From NCBI GenBank assembly GCA_012842045.1, contig DUTP01000006.1:10979-74978 (forward strand): DNA of 64,000 bases, written 5' to 3'. Source of the DNA: Candidatus Dojkabacteria bacterium. Lineage in GTDB: Bacteria > Patescibacteriota > Dojkabacteria > SC72. Under the pieces are notes generated by a model. It did no database searches, was not told the DNA's origin, and saw only the letters and a program-made list of their open reading frames with translations. Shown piece after piece: positions 20,444-31,020 of this stretch. Position numbers and translations under genes: made by a program. Each line of letters opens with the position of its first letter. Positions within the stretch are counted from its first letter, which is position 1.

Positions 20444-20470
20444 TTAGCAATCGTTAAATTTATCTGCTAA
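20444..20470 (+). promoter_or_regulatory. CIRCE-like operator upstream of groES
   Basis: TTAGCAATC-N9-ATCTGCTAA immediately before the groES ATG. Confidence 0.75.
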
Positions 20471-20776
20471 ATGTATATGGCAAAAGATGTCAAAATCAGA
20501 CCATTAGGTCATAGAGTATTAGTTTCTCCAGATGCATTTGAGGAAACAACAAAAGGTGGTTTACTTTTACCTCCTTCATCAGCAGATGACCAGACCCCAG
20601 AAACAGGAGTAATTGTTAAGTTGGGAGAAGGGAAAGTTGATGGTAAAGAAGTAACATTCGATGTAAAAGTTGGAGACAGAGTATACTTTAAAAAATATTC
20701 ACCAGATAAGTTGGAAATAGATGGAGAGAAGTATCTTCTCTTAGATGCAGGTGATATTTTAGCAACTATTAAATAG
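20471..20776 (+). CDS. groES: Co-chaperonin GroES
   Basis: [29 protein letters not shown]. The start may be 20477. Confidence 0.96.
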   Translation: MYMAKDVKIRPLGHRVLVSPDAFEETTKGGLLLPPSSADDQTPETGVIVKLGEGKVDGKEVTFDVKVGDRVYFKKYSPDKLEIDGEKYLLLDAGDILATIK

Positions 20777-20811
20777 TTATTTTAGAATCTAAATTATTAT
20801 CTTTTACAAAT

Positions 20812-22440
20812 ATGGCAAAATCAATAATATATAACGAACAAGCTAGAAGAGCTTTAAAGGAAGGTGTTGACACTATTTCAGATGCAGTTAAAGTAACTCT
20901 TGGTCCTAAAGGGAGAAATATTGCAATAGCAAAATCATTTGGTTCTCAAGTTGTTACAAAAGACGGTGTTACAGTTGCAAAAGAGATAGAAGAGAAAGAT
21001 CCTTTTAAGAATGTTGGTGTGGAGATGATTAAAGAAGCATCCAGTAGAGTGAATGACTTAGCTGGAGATGGTACAACAACAGTAACAGTATTAGCACAGG
21101 CAATAGCAGGTGTTGGTTTTAAAAATGTTACTGCTGGAGCAAACCCTATTTCTCTTAAGAGGGGACTAGATAAAGCAACAGATGTTGTACTAGAAGAACT
21201 ATCAAAGAAGGCTAAAAAGATTTCAAGTAAGGAAGAAATAGCACAAGTTGCAACAATATCAACCAATAATGATTCAGATTTAGGTGAGATGATAGCAGGG
21301 GTGTTTGAGAAGGTAGGAAAAGATGGAGTTATCACAGTAGAAGAAGCTAAAGGTTTTAAAGATGAAGTTGAATATACTGAAGGTATGGAGTTTGATAATG
21401 GATATGTTAGTCCTTACTTTGTAAACAATGCAGAAACTCTAGAAGCTGTTATGGATAATCCTTACATCTTCATTACAGATAAGAAACTATCTAACTTACA
21501 AGATATTCAAGCTATTGCAGAAAAGGTATTAGGTGCTGCAGATAGACCTCTTGTTATTATTGCAGAAGAGATTGAAAATCAGGCATTAGCAACATTAGTA
21601 GTTAACAAGTTAAGAGGAACATTAGATGTTGTAGCAGTAAAAGCACCTGGTTTTGGAGATAGGAAGAAAGAGATGTTGAAGGACTTAGCAGTACTAACAG
21701 GAGCAGATTTTGTATCTGAGGAATTAGGTAAGACACTAGAGTCTGTTGATTTAATAGATTTAGGTTCTGCTAAGAAAGTCATTGTTACTAAAGAGAAAAC
21801 AATCATTGTAGAAGGTAAGGGTGAGAAAAAGAATTTAGAGGATAGAATTAAAGAGATAAAAGCTCAGATTGAGAATACTACATCTGAATATGACAAAGAA
21901 AAGTTACAAGAGAGATTAGCAAAACTTGCAGGTGGTGTTGCAGTTATCAAAGTAGGTGCAGCATCTGAAGTAGAAGCTAAGGAAAAGAAGATGAGAATAG
22001 AGGATGCTCTTAATGCAACTAGAGCTGCAATAGAAGAAGGTGTAGTAGCTGGTGGTGGTTTGGCTCTTCATAATGCGAAGAAGGTTTTGGATAAAGTTAA
22101 ATTGGAAGATGCAGAGGAGCAGTTAGGAGTAGAGATACTTAGATCTGTTCTCAGTGAACCTCTTAAGCAAATAGTTGAAAATGCTGGTGAGGATGGTGCT
22201 GTAATAGCTTCTAAATGTGAAGGTAGTACAGGATATAATGCAAAGACAGGTGAATTTGTAGATATGATTAAAGAAGGTATCATCGACCCAGTTAAAGTTA
22301 CAAGACTTGTTCTAACAAATGCAGTATCTGTTGCTTCAATGTTAATAACTACAGAAGCAGTAGTAGCAGACATCCCTGAAGAGAAAGGTCATAATCATGC
22401 AGAAGATATGAATGCAGGAGCTATTCCAGGAATGATGTAA
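20812..22440 (+). CDS. groEL: Chaperonin GroEL
   Basis: [42 protein letters not shown]. Confidence 0.98.
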   Translation: MAKSIIYNEQARRALKEGVDTISDAVKVTLGPKGRNIAIAKSFGSQVVTKDGVTVAKEIEEKDPFKNVGVEMIKEASSRVNDLAGDGTTTVTVLAQAIAGVGFKNVTAGANPISLKRGLDKATDVVLEELSKKAKKISSKEEIAQVATISTNNDSDLGEMIAGVFEKVGKDGVITVEEAKGFKDEVEYTEGMEFDNGYVSPYFVNNAETLEAVMDNPYIFITDKKLSNLQDIQAIAEKVLGAADRPLVIIAEEIENQALATLVVNKLRGTLDVVAVKAPGFGDRKKEMLKDLAVLTGADFVSEELGKTLESVDLIDLGSAKKVIVTKEKTIIVEGKGEKKNLEDRIKEIKAQIENTTSEYDKEKLQERLAKLAGGVAVIKVGAASEVEAKEKKMRIEDALNATRAAIEEGVVAGGGLALHNAKKVLDKVKLEDAEEQLGVEILRSVLSEPLKQIVENAGEDGAVIASKCEGSTGYNAKTGEFVDMIKEGIIDPVKVTRLVLTNAVSVASMLITTEAVVADIPEEKGHNHAEDMNAGAIPGMM

Positions 22441-22453
22441 GGTGAAATAAAAA

Positions 22454-22489
22454 GATTGGGGTGAGACTATCTTTAGTCTTACCCTAATC
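22454..22489. terminator. Long hairpin between convergent groEL and XRE genes (bidirectional terminator candidate)
   Basis: GATTGGGGTGAGACTA-tctt-TAGTCTTACCCTAATC, a 16-bp stem with G-U pairs. Confidence 0.7.
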
Positions 22490-23009
22490 AAACAAACCTA
22501 ACCTCTTGAGCTAACACTTTTCCTACAAGACCAATTGTATTACCTCTATGTACAACTATCTCTAAATTTCCATCAGTGTTTGTTAAGACTTTATCACCAC
22601 TCTTTATATCAGTCTTAGAAGATACAAAGATACATCCATGGCTTCCGTCTACAATACTCATATCAACTGCAAAAACATCCATATCAATATCTTTTACCCA
22701 ATCAGGTGCAGGATAGAATGTATATGTTTTTCCTTTTACAAAATCTCCATTTTCTGGAATTGATGTAAAGAGAGGTATTCTGTTAGAACTATATATAACC
22801 TCTTGCTGGTTATCTCTTAATAAATCAGTAGGATGAATATCTAGTACATCTGCTAACTTTGTAAGCTGATTCATAGGTGAACTTTTACCAGTCTCATATC
22901 TAGAAATCATTTCCCAAGTTTTGCCAATCTTGTCACCTAACTCCCTTTGGGTAAGGTCTTTTCTAACCCTATACATTCTAATGTTTTCTCCAATGTGTTT
23001 ATTTTTCAT
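22488..23009 (-). CDS. XRE-family HTH regulator with a degenerate S24/LexA-like C-terminal domain
   Basis: IGENIRMYR...LTQRELG...ISRYETG (HTH_3); RIPLF...FAVD...IKSGDKVL...VGKV resembles S24 but has no GDSM catalytic Ser. Confidence 0.8.
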   Translation of the reverse strand: MKNKHIGENIRMYRVRKDLTQRELGDKIGKTWEMISRYETGKSSPMNQLTKLADVLDIHPTDLLRDNQQEVIYSSNRIPLFTSIPENGDFVKGKTYTFYPAPDWVKDIDMDVFAVDMSIVDGSHGCIFVSSKTDIKSGDKVLTNTDGNLEIVVHRGNTIGLVGKVLAQEVRFV

Positions 23010-23124
23010 ATATATAGATTTTAATTACATATATAAATTGTTGGAATAGAGGGTTGTTTCTCAAATATGAAATATTGTTTCGCATTGTAATCGTTCTGTA
23101 AGAAATTAGTGATATTCTCTAAAT

Positions 23125-23292
23125 ATGGAAAATGACAAAATAAAAGAAAAAATATTTTTAATACAGAAGTATTTTAAAATTATGAAAGAGTCTTCTCTTA
23201 CTAATCAGTGGGAGTTATACAGAGTTGCACACAAAGCAATGTTAGAAGAAAGTTTAAAGTTGCAAAAACTTCTTTCTAAGAACAATCTTTAA
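23125..23292 (+). CDS. Small hypothetical protein (55 aa), divergent from the XRE gene
   Basis: Manual translation MENDKIKEKIFLIQKYFKIMKESSLTNQWELYRVAHKAMLEESLKLQKLLSKNNL*; TGaTATTCT lies 6 nt before the ATG. Confidence 0.5.
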   Translation: MENDKIKEKIFLIQKYFKIMKESSLTNQWELYRVAHKAMLEESLKLQKLLSKNNL

Positions 23293-23730
23293 CCAATTAT
23301 CTTTCAACCACTGCTCTGACTTTTGTTGCTCATCTAGTAAACCTCTCAAAGCAAGCTCTTTATTCACAATATTACCTTGATGAGGCTTATCAAACTTTTT
23401 TGTTAGTGGAGATTGAAATCCATGAGCATAGTGGCATAGTTCATGTGCGATTGTTGCTCTTAGTACAAACTCAGGAATAACATCATGTTGAAAAAATCTA
23501 GTAAGTGTTATTACTGTAATACTCTTATCATCCTGTACTTCATACTCATCCATCTTATTCTTCAATAAACTCTTTATCTTCGTTCTCTTATTTGCTAGTT
23601 TAATACTTCCTAACTGTCTTGTTGAATATTTTCCAAACTTAATTAAAACAAGATTCTTTCTGGGTATATCTGGAAAATGGTTCTCCCAAAGATCGTACAA
23701 TATATTTTCTAAAAATTCTTCATCTCTCAT
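23254..23730 (-). CDS. SprT-like HExxH metalloprotease
   Basis: TIAHELCHY with downstream PHQG, and upstream RQLGSI, in the SprT/WLM-type arrangement. Confidence 0.7.
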   Translation of the reverse strand: MRDEEFLENILYDLWENHFPDIPRKNLVLIKFGKYSTRQLGSIKLANKRTKIKSLLKNKMDEYEVQDDKSITVITLTRFFQHDVIPEFVLRATIAHELCHYAHGFQSPLTKKFDKPHQGNIVNKELALRGLLDEQQKSEQWLKDNWLKIVLRKKFLQL

Positions 23731-23766
23731 TCATTCTTCCTCTTTCTCATGCTATTATATCTTATA

Positions 23767-25584
23767 ATGGATACGAAAAAAGGAAAGCAATTTAAGACAT
23801 TACTAAAAGTTCTCAAATTTATTTATGGCAACTATACTGTACTTGCAGTCTCTAGAGATTTTCTCTTTCTCTTTAGTACAGCCGCCGAAATCTATGGAAT
23901 CTCTGTATTAGGTAAATTCATAGATGCCACTACTAAGATACTTTTAGAATGGAACTCTTTTGATTTTAAGAGTTTCCTTACAAGTGATTCTTTTAAATAT
24001 CTCTTTTTAATATTTATCCTTTGGGCTGTCACTCATATATGTAATCAAATAAGAGGGTATCTCTATGTTGTGATATATGAAAAAACTTGGAGTACTACTC
24101 AATCAATGATAATTGGCAAAGTTGCAAACTCTAATCTTCAGGATGTTGAGAAAAAGGATTTTCAAGATAAAGTGGCTTTTGCTCCTGCATATTCGATTGA
24201 AAGGATAATAGATGTTTATGACAACTTCTCTGTGTTAATAAGTAATACCGTTAGGTTAATATCTGCTTTTGTATTGATAACTCAAAGTGTTGGTGTCTCT
24301 GCCCTGCTTCTTGCTCTTTTTGTATTGCCTGAAGCTTTTTTCATTCATGGTGAGAGAAGGGATATAAAGGAGTTTAGAGACAATTCTATTGGAAAACTAA
24401 GGTTTCTTGCATATGTACAAGATCTTGCTTTAACAATTTCAAACTTTTTGGAATTAAGAGTAAATAATATATTTTCTTTTCTTAAGAGAAGATACGATGA
24501 GGAGTATGACGAATATCTAAATAAGTATTTCATTGGACAATACAGTTTTTTCAAAAGCAGAGCTGGTTTAGGTGTTTTTAGTCAATTTTTGAAATATATC
24601 TATGTAGTATATGTACTAGCAATTTCTGTTCTTAAAAAATATTCCTTTGGTCAGTTTAAAGCACTTTTTGATTATGTAGATGTAGCATTTAATAGTACAT
24701 CCAAAATTACTGACTCTGTATCAATAATCATTATCAATCTCGAATACATTGATGAGTTTTTTGATTTGATAGAGTATGAAGGTTTTGGAGATAGGTATCA
24801 GGGTAAGATTAAACTAGGGAAAAACACGCCACTACTTGAGTTTAAGAACTTAAATTTTGCATATCCAGATGACCCTTCTGTTACAGTTCTGAAAAATATA
24901 AGCATGAAAGTAGAACCGGGAGAGAAAATTGCAATCTTAGGTTCTGATGGCTCTGGTAAGAGTACTTTGGTGAAAATTCTTACAGGCTTGTATGGTGTAG
25001 TTGATGGGGGATATTTCTTGGATGGGAATAGTACAAGAGAATTGGCAAGAGGGGAATTGAAAAAAAAGATAGCAGTAGTACTTCAAGAATTCATAGATTA
25101 TCACTTTAGTTTGAAAGAAAATATTGTAATTTCAGGACAGAGGAAAAATGTTGATAATGCTTTGTATGCGAATGTTTCTAAAATTGCTCAGGTCGACAGA
25201 TTCAAGAAGAGTGTTGGTTTAGATGATGCCTCTTTGTTAGGTAAAACTTTTGCCTCTGGAAAGGAACTCTCTCCTGGTTATTGGCAAAGATTGGCTATTA
25301 GTAGGATGCTTTACAGAAACAGACAATTATTCATTATGGATGAACCTTTTACATATATAGATGATGTCTCTGCAGAGAGAATATTAGATGGTATATTAAA
25401 ATTCTTAGGAGAGGAGAGGTCGCTAATATATATTACAAGAAGTATCAGGATGTTGAAGAAGTTTGATAGGATATATTATCTGCATAAGGGTAGTATTGTT
25501 GAATCTGGTAGTTGGGAAGAATTAATAAAAAAGAAAGGTAAGTTGTACAAAGAGTTTTTGTTACAAGATGAATCTATAGAATAA
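23767..25584 (+). CDS. ABC exporter, fused permease/ATPase
   Basis: N-terminal TMs, Walker A GSDGSGKST, signature LSPGYWQR, Walker B FIMDEP. ATG 23767 is preferred over 23749. Confidence 0.88.
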   Translation: MDTKKGKQFKTLLKVLKFIYGNYTVLAVSRDFLFLFSTAAEIYGISVLGKFIDATTKILLEWNSFDFKSFLTSDSFKYLFLIFILWAVTHICNQIRGYLYVVIYEKTWSTTQSMIIGKVANSNLQDVEKKDFQDKVAFAPAYSIERIIDVYDNFSVLISNTVRLISAFVLITQSVGVSALLLALFVLPEAFFIHGERRDIKEFRDNSIGKLRFLAYVQDLALTISNFLELRVNNIFSFLKRRYDEEYDEYLNKYFIGQYSFFKSRAGLGVFSQFLKYIYVVYVLAISVLKKYSFGQFKALFDYVDVAFNSTSKITDSVSIIIINLEYIDEFFDLIEYEGFGDRYQGKIKLGKNTPLLEFKNLNFAYPDDPSVTVLKNISMKVEPGEKIAILGSDGSGKSTLVKILTGLYGVVDGGYFLDGNSTRELARGELKKKIAVVLQEFIDYHFSLKENIVISGQRKNVDNALYANVSKIAQVDRFKKSVGLDDASLLGKTFASGKELSPGYWQRLAISRMLYRNRQLFIMDEPFTYIDDVSAERILDGILKFLGEERSLIYITRSIRMLKKFDRIYYLHKGSIVESGSWEELIKKKGKLYKEFLLQDESIE

Positions 25585-25601
25585 TTGGAATATAATAAAG
25601 C

Positions 25602-26459
25602 ATGGAAATATTAAATGGAAAAGAGGTTGCGCAGAAGATTTTAGATAGTATTGCTTCAGAAGTAAGTATTTTGAGGCAACAGGGAAAAAGAATTCCAAGA
25701 ATAGATATGATTTTGGTCGGTACTGATTATGCTAGTCAAAAATATGTAAGATTTAAAGAGGTTGTTGCTAAGGAAATTGGGGTTATGGGTTGGGTGCATC
25801 GTATGCCAGAGAGTGTAAATACTTTGGATATAGTTAGCTTAGTTGACACTTTAAATAAGGATAGAACAGTAGATGGCTTTATGATCCAACTTCCACTTCC
25901 TTCTCATGTTGATAAGTCATTAATTCTAAGAACAATAGATCCCAAAAAGGATGTTGATGGTCTTACCCCAACTAATCTAGGGAAACTTTTTCAAAAAGAC
26001 GGTCTAGCTATTCCTCCTGCTACACCATTGGGTATTTTGAAGTTGTTAGATGCATATAATATAAGTTTGTTAGGAAAAAGGGTTGTAATTTTGGGTGCAA
26101 GTACCATTGTAGGTAAACCTCTTGCTGCTATGATGTTGGAGAGAAATGCTACTGTAACTATATGTAATTCGAAAACAGTTGAGATTGCAGATGTTGCTAG
26201 AGAAGCGGATATTCTAGTTAGTGCGACAGGAAAGCCTCTGTTTGTAAAAGGAGATTTTCTAAAAAAAGATTGTATTGTAATTGATGTGGGTTCGAATAAA
26301 CATCCTGAGACTGGTAAATTAGTAGGGGATGTTGATTGGGAATCTGTAAAGGGTATACCTTCTTACATCACACCCGTACCTGGTGGTGTTGGCCCAATGA
26401 CTTTAGCTTGCTTGATGCTTAATTTAATGCATTGTTATAAAAATGAAGGGGAAAAATAG
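25602..26459 (+). CDS. folD: Methylenetetrahydrofolate dehydrogenase/cyclohydrolase
   Basis: [38 protein letters not shown]. Confidence 0.96.
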   Translation: MEILNGKEVAQKILDSIASEVSILRQQGKRIPRIDMILVGTDYASQKYVRFKEVVAKEIGVMGWVHRMPESVNTLDIVSLVDTLNKDRTVDGFMIQLPLPSHVDKSLILRTIDPKKDVDGLTPTNLGKLFQKDGLAIPPATPLGILKLLDAYNISLLGKRVVILGASTIVGKPLAAMMLERNATVTICNSKTVEIADVAREADILVSATGKPLFVKGDFLKKDCIVIDVGSNKHPETGKLVGDVDWESVKGIPSYITPVPGGVGPMTLACLMLNLMHCYKNEGEK

Positions 26460-27666
26460 TGTAAAAGACTTAATTGAGGAAGAGAAGAAGAGGCAGAAGG
26501 GTGGTTTGGAGTTGATAGCTTCGGAGAACTATGTTTCTGAGGATGTCTTGGAATGTATGGGTTCTATTCTTACTAATAAATATTCAGAAGGTTATCCTGG
26601 TAAAAGGTATTACAATGGGAATGAATATATTGATCAGATAGAGCTTTTAGCTATTTCAAGAGCTAAGGAACTTTTTGGTGCTGAACATGTTAATGTTCAA
26701 CCTTACTCTGGTTCTCCTGCTAATTTAGCAGTTCATTTTGCTCTTTTAGAAGCTGGTGATAGAACTTTAGGAATGTCTTTAGATGCAGGTGGGCATTTGA
26801 CACATGGTTTTAAGGTTTCAATTTCAGGTAAGTATTATGATTCTGCTAATTATGGTTTAGATGATAAGGGATATATTGATTATGATGCTGTTTTGCGAAT
26901 AGCGAAGGAACATAAACCAAAGTTGATTTGGGCTGGTTTTTCTGCATATTCTAGAATTGTAGATTGGAAGAGATTTAGAGAAATAGCTGATGAGGTTGGT
27001 GCGTATTTTGTTGCTGATATTGCTCATGTTGCAGGTTTGGTAGCTGGTGGTGTTTATCCTTCTCCTGTACCCTTTGCAGATGTTGTTACAACAACTACAC
27101 ATAAGACATTGAGAGGTCCTAGAGGTGCAATGATTCTATGTAAAGAGGATTTTGCTCAGAGAATAGATAAAGCTGTTTTTCCTGGATTACAAGGAGGTCC
27201 GCATAATCATACTATTGCAGGTATAGCTACTGCTCTTGGTGAGGCAAGTACTGATGAGTTTAAAGATTATGCAAAGCAGGTTGTAAAAAATGCTCAAGTG
27301 TTATCTGAAGAGTTAAAGAAATATGGCTATGATATAGTATCAGGAGGTACAGACAATCATCTTTTCTTAATGGATGTAACTTCTGCAGGTTTATCTGGAG
27401 GGGAGGCTGGAAATCTTTTAGAAAAAGCTAATATTACTGTAAACAAGAATGCTATTCCTAATGATACAAGGAAACCTTGGGATCCATCTGGGATTAGAAT
27501 TGGAACTCCTGCTTTAACAACTAGAGGTATGAAGGAGGATGAGATGGTAAAAGTAGCTGAATATATTAACTCTGTACTTAGGAGTAAGGGAGAAGATGAG
27601 GTTCAGAAGATTAAAAAAGAAGTTGAGTCTTTTGCAAATAAATTTAAAATACCTGGAATAAAATAA
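26443..27666 (+). CDS. glyA: Serine hydroxymethyltransferase
   Basis: [45 protein letters not shown]. Confidence 0.98.
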   Translation: MKGKNSVKDLIEEEKKRQKGGLELIASENYVSEDVLECMGSILTNKYSEGYPGKRYYNGNEYIDQIELLAISRAKELFGAEHVNVQPYSGSPANLAVHFALLEAGDRTLGMSLDAGGHLTHGFKVSISGKYYDSANYGLDDKGYIDYDAVLRIAKEHKPKLIWAGFSAYSRIVDWKRFREIADEVGAYFVADIAHVAGLVAGGVYPSPVPFADVVTTTTHKTLRGPRGAMILCKEDFAQRIDKAVFPGLQGGPHNHTIAGIATALGEASTDEFKDYAKQVVKNAQVLSEELKKYGYDIVSGGTDNHLFLMDVTSAGLSGGEAGNLLEKANITVNKNAIPNDTRKPWDPSGIRIGTPALTTRGMKEDEMVKVAEYINSVLRSKGEDEVQKIKKEVESFANKFKIPGIK

Positions 27667-27667
27667 T

Positions 27668-29263
27668 ATGAAAATGGTCTTTCATAAAAATTTAAATATT
27701 GCTACTGTTAGGTCTAATTCCTCATGGAATAAGTTTGTAGTACATACTCTTTTACAGAACACATCTAGTAAGCAACCTTCAATTAATGCATATTTAGCTG
27801 CAAGATATAGTAGGTCTTCAGACTCAATTTTGGATATAGCTTCAGAAGTTATGGGTAAAGGTGTTGATGCAGCTGAGAGGTTGGAGAAGATTTTTGCAGG
27901 ATATGGGCACAAGTCAGTAGGGGATATGGCAGATCTTTTTGTATGTATTGAAAACATTCCTATGTATATGGCAATGAAACTTTTCTATATGAATTCGGTT
28001 GTTTCTGGTCAGGAGAGGTCTACTAGATATCAAGATTTTTCTAATCCTCAGTTTGTTAGAATTCCAGAAGAGGTTTGTAGTTCTGTGGAAGTAAGGAAGG
28101 AATATGATAGGTTGATTTTAAAACAAATGAATGATTATAGAGAATTGAAGAATCCTACTAGTGAGGCTTTAGCTAAGTTTTTTAAGATTAACGAAGAGAG
28201 TCCCCAAGAAGTATCAGCTCTTAAATCTCGCAGTTTTGATACACTAAGGTATTTGCTTCCTTATGGTCTTGATACGAGTGCTGCATATTTGATGTCGGCA
28301 AGAAATTGGTCTGAGAATATTAGTTATCTTTGTTCTGGTAGTAGTATTGTGGGTGAGGAGGTTTCTTCTTTGCTTCTTAATCTCCTTGGCGATTCTGATT
28401 TGGAAGCTAGGGGGTATATACGAGAAGCAGATGGATTGATAAGACATACAGAGGCAAATTGTTCTAGAGCTACTTCTACGCAGGAGATTTTGGAGTATAT
28501 GGGTAAGAGGTTAGATAGAAAACAAGAATTTGATATTGGTCTGAATGATATGGAGACAGTTAAAGTGAGTTATTCTCCAGAGTTTTCTGAATGTTTAGTC
28601 TCTCATTATGAGGCGTTATTGAATCCTTTAGGTTCAGCGTCGGAATATGAGTTTTCAGAGGAGGATCAGGAGGAGATAGGGGAGATTCTGTTTGAGAATC
28701 ATAATCATCATAATCAATTAGGAAATATTGGTCAGAGTGGAGCTGTTAAGATAGAGGGTTTTAGTTCTCTTGGTGTATTAAAGGATTTGAACAGGCATAG
28801 AAGTTTTGAAAGGTTTATTCCGCTATTTCATGATGAGATAGATATGGATCAGGAGTTAGACAGAAGAAGTGATGAATGCTTCTATCTCTGTAATTATCTA
28901 GACCTTGCTCCTTTGAAATCTTTGAGACAGGAGTATGTTAATAGATTAGTAGAAACATATGATGCAATAAAAGAGTGGAGGCAAAGTGCAAAAAAGAGTA
29001 TGTCTTTGGATGTTTGCAATGAGTTTACAAAATATTTGTTGCCTCATGCTCATGCTACTAGATACATTTTCTATGCATCTTTTGATGATTTACAATATAC
29101 CATAAATCTTAGAGTAAGGAATGGTGGACATATAGCATATAGAACATTGGTTTATGAATGGCTGAGGAAGCTATATGAGAAGGATGCTATTTGGGGAGGA
29201 TTATTGAAAAGAATAATCACTCCATCTGTTAGTGATAAGGGTCAGTTTGTTGATAGATCCTAA
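27668..29263 (+). CDS. thyX: FAD-dependent thymidylate synthase, long tandem-domain form
   Basis: ARYSRS, GYGHKSV, QERSTRY, RYLLP, then second-domain DLNRHR and LR...GHIAYR; operonic with folD-glyA. Confidence 0.85.
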   Translation: MKMVFHKNLNIATVRSNSSWNKFVVHTLLQNTSSKQPSINAYLAARYSRSSDSILDIASEVMGKGVDAAERLEKIFAGYGHKSVGDMADLFVCIENIPMYMAMKLFYMNSVVSGQERSTRYQDFSNPQFVRIPEEVCSSVEVRKEYDRLILKQMNDYRELKNPTSEALAKFFKINEESPQEVSALKSRSFDTLRYLLPYGLDTSAAYLMSARNWSENISYLCSGSSIVGEEVSSLLLNLLGDSDLEARGYIREADGLIRHTEANCSRATSTQEILEYMGKRLDRKQEFDIGLNDMETVKVSYSPEFSECLVSHYEALLNPLGSASEYEFSEEDQEEIGEILFENHNHHNQLGNIGQSGAVKIEGFSSLGVLKDLNRHRSFERFIPLFHDEIDMDQELDRRSDECFYLCNYLDLAPLKSLRQEYVNRLVETYDAIKEWRQSAKKSMSLDVCNEFTKYLLPHAHATRYIFYASFDDLQYTINLRVRNGGHIAYRTLVYEWLRKLYEKDAIWGGLLKRIITPSVSDKGQFVDRS

Positions 29264-29274
29264 ATTCCTTACAT

Positions 29275-30900
29275 CTACATTACAGGTGTTGGTGGTGTAG
29301 GAGGAGTATTTAGATTGTCTTGTGTAGGCTGCTGTATAGGTGGTATATTTCCTGAATTGTCTAAGTTGTCTGTAAGTAGAGTTTCTGCTTGTGAAAATGC
29401 ACTTGTGTCTCCAGGAGGGACATTGCCTATCTGTGGAGCTTGAATAGGTTCTTGAGTATTTCCCAAATCAAATATTTGATCTGTTTGTTGATTTGGATTT
29501 TGTGGTACGGTCTCTGCTTGTGGGAAAGCACCTGTGTCTACTGGTGACATATTACCTACTTCCTGAAAATCGGTTACAGGTGGTGGAGTTTGAACGGGTT
29601 CTTGGGTATACCCCAAATCAACGGCTTGATTTGCTTGTTGGTCTGTGTTTTCAATTGGAACTTGTGGCACTATTTCTGGTTGTGAAAATGCACCTGTATC
29701 TATTGGTGGTATATTTGCTACTTCTTGAACATCGGTTACAAGTGGTGGAGTTTGAATAGGTTCTTGAGTATTTCCCAAATCAAATATTTGATCTGTTTGT
29801 TCTACTGTGTTTTCAACTTGCGGTATAATCTCTGGCTGTGGACCTGTTTCTACTTGTGGTGCAACATTGGTATCTAAATTCCCATTACCATCAATAGGTG
29901 ATGTAGAACCAATGTTTGGTAAAGTATCCTCTGTGATATTAGCCTGATAATTGTCAGCGATATCAGATGTCAATCCAGCTGAAAGGGTTGAATTTCCCTC
30001 TGCTATAGATGTGTTTGTTTCTGTATCACTTTTCTCTCTATCTAGAAGTTCTTGCAAATCAGAATTCTCGGAGATAGTATTCTCCTGCGTTGTTGTTTCT
30101 GATGGAGGGGTTACGTCTACTGGTTTAATAATCTCATCTAATGTCTTTTTTGCAGGTGATTCTCCAACTTGATCTTGTAAAGGTTCTGTTGCAGCTTTTG
30201 CTTCAGCATTAACAATTGTAGTTGAAGCTGGAACATCGGCTAATACTACATCGTCTTTCTTCTTTGTAATAGAAAAAACAATTATGCCAACCAGAGAAAC
30301 TCCTGCTACTCCAAGGAGGACATATGCAAGAGTTTTCTTCAAATTACTACTCTCTTCTGTTTTTCCAGTTGTTTCTTTGCCAGTATTAGATATAGGGATA
30401 GGAGTTTCCCCCTCTGTGTCATCTGTTTTCACAAGGTCTTCTTCTCCAGTGTCAGTAGGTGTGTCATCATTGTTAGCTTCGTTTTTACTACCTACATTTA
30501 CAGTCTCACTTATACTTAATCCTCCAATTTGTGACTGTTCTTCTAATACTGTAAAAGTGTACTCGTCAGAAGTTGTACTAAACTCTATCTTTGCGAGGGT
30601 ACCGTCTAGAATGGTGTCTTGTGTCATTGTACATATAATTTCTACAAGGAGCCCATTCGGAGAAGAAGAAAAAGTGCTACAAAAACCATCTCCTTCTTCT
30701 ATATTTGAAATACTTACTCCTTCTGAAACTTCTAAAGCAACTTTAATACTTTTAGTCTTTTCCCCTTTAGTATCGATATTTACTAAGATCTGTTTTTTAT
30801 CTCCTACAGGACTATCCTGAAGTTCTATATTTGCCGCCATAGACGGAATAGGAGTTATTAAAAGTATTAAGAAAGCGTAAAAAAGAGAAACAAGTTTCAT
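29275..30900 (-). CDS. Type I membrane protein: signal peptide, cohesin-like domain, TM, long acidic P/Q/T-rich repeat tail
   Basis: Signal peptide ending SMAA, VNIDTKG...GTLAKIEF pattern, TM near aa 192-212, low-complexity tail. Confidence 0.7.
   Translation of the reverse strand: MKLVSLFYAFLILLITPIPSMAANIELQDSPVGDKKQILVNIDTKGEKTKSIKVALEVSEGVSISNIEEGDGFCSTFSSSPNGLLVEIICTMTQDTILDGTLAKIEFSTTSDEYTFTVLEEQSQIGGLSISETVNVGSKNEANNDDTPTDTGEEDLVKTDDTEGETPIPISNTGKETTGKTEESSNLKKTLAYVLLGVAGVSLVGIIVFSITKKKDDVVLADVPASTTIVNAEAKAATEPLQDQVGESPAKKTLDEIIKPVDVTPPSETTTQENTISENSDLQELLDREKSDTETNTSIAEGNSTLSAGLTSDIADNYQANITEDTLPNIGSTSPIDGNGNLDTNVAPQVETGPQPEIIPQVENTVEQTDQIFDLGNTQEPIQTPPLVTDVQEVANIPPIDTGAFSQPEIVPQVPIENTDQQANQAVDLGYTQEPVQTPPPVTDFQEVGNMSPVDTGAFPQAETVPQNPNQQTDQIFDLGNTQEPIQAPQIGNVPPGDTSAFSQAETLLTDNLDNSGNIPPIQQPTQDNLNTPPTPPTPVM
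29380..29838 (-). repeat. Three imperfect ~45-54 aa coding repeats (QxE..PQ...QTDQIFDLGNTQEPIQxP...DTGAF)
   Basis: Visible in the protein; the nucleotide block tgaataggttcttgagtatttcccaaatcaaatatttgatctgtttgt recurs at ~29441 and ~29752. Confidence 0.85.
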
Positions 30901-30990
30901 TTTTAAGGCAGTTTAATTTAGTTGTTATTAGAATATCATTGTGAATGCAGTATGTCAAAGGTTAAAAATGTGTTATAACACTAGTAACAG

Positions 30991-31020
30991 TTGACATCTA
31001 GCTTGTTGGTATAGTAAAAT
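30991..31020 (+). promoter_or_regulatory. sigma70 promoter for rpsO (TTGACA-N18-TAAAAT)
   Basis: TTGACA at 30991-30996 and TAAAAT at 31015-31020. Confidence 0.6.
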
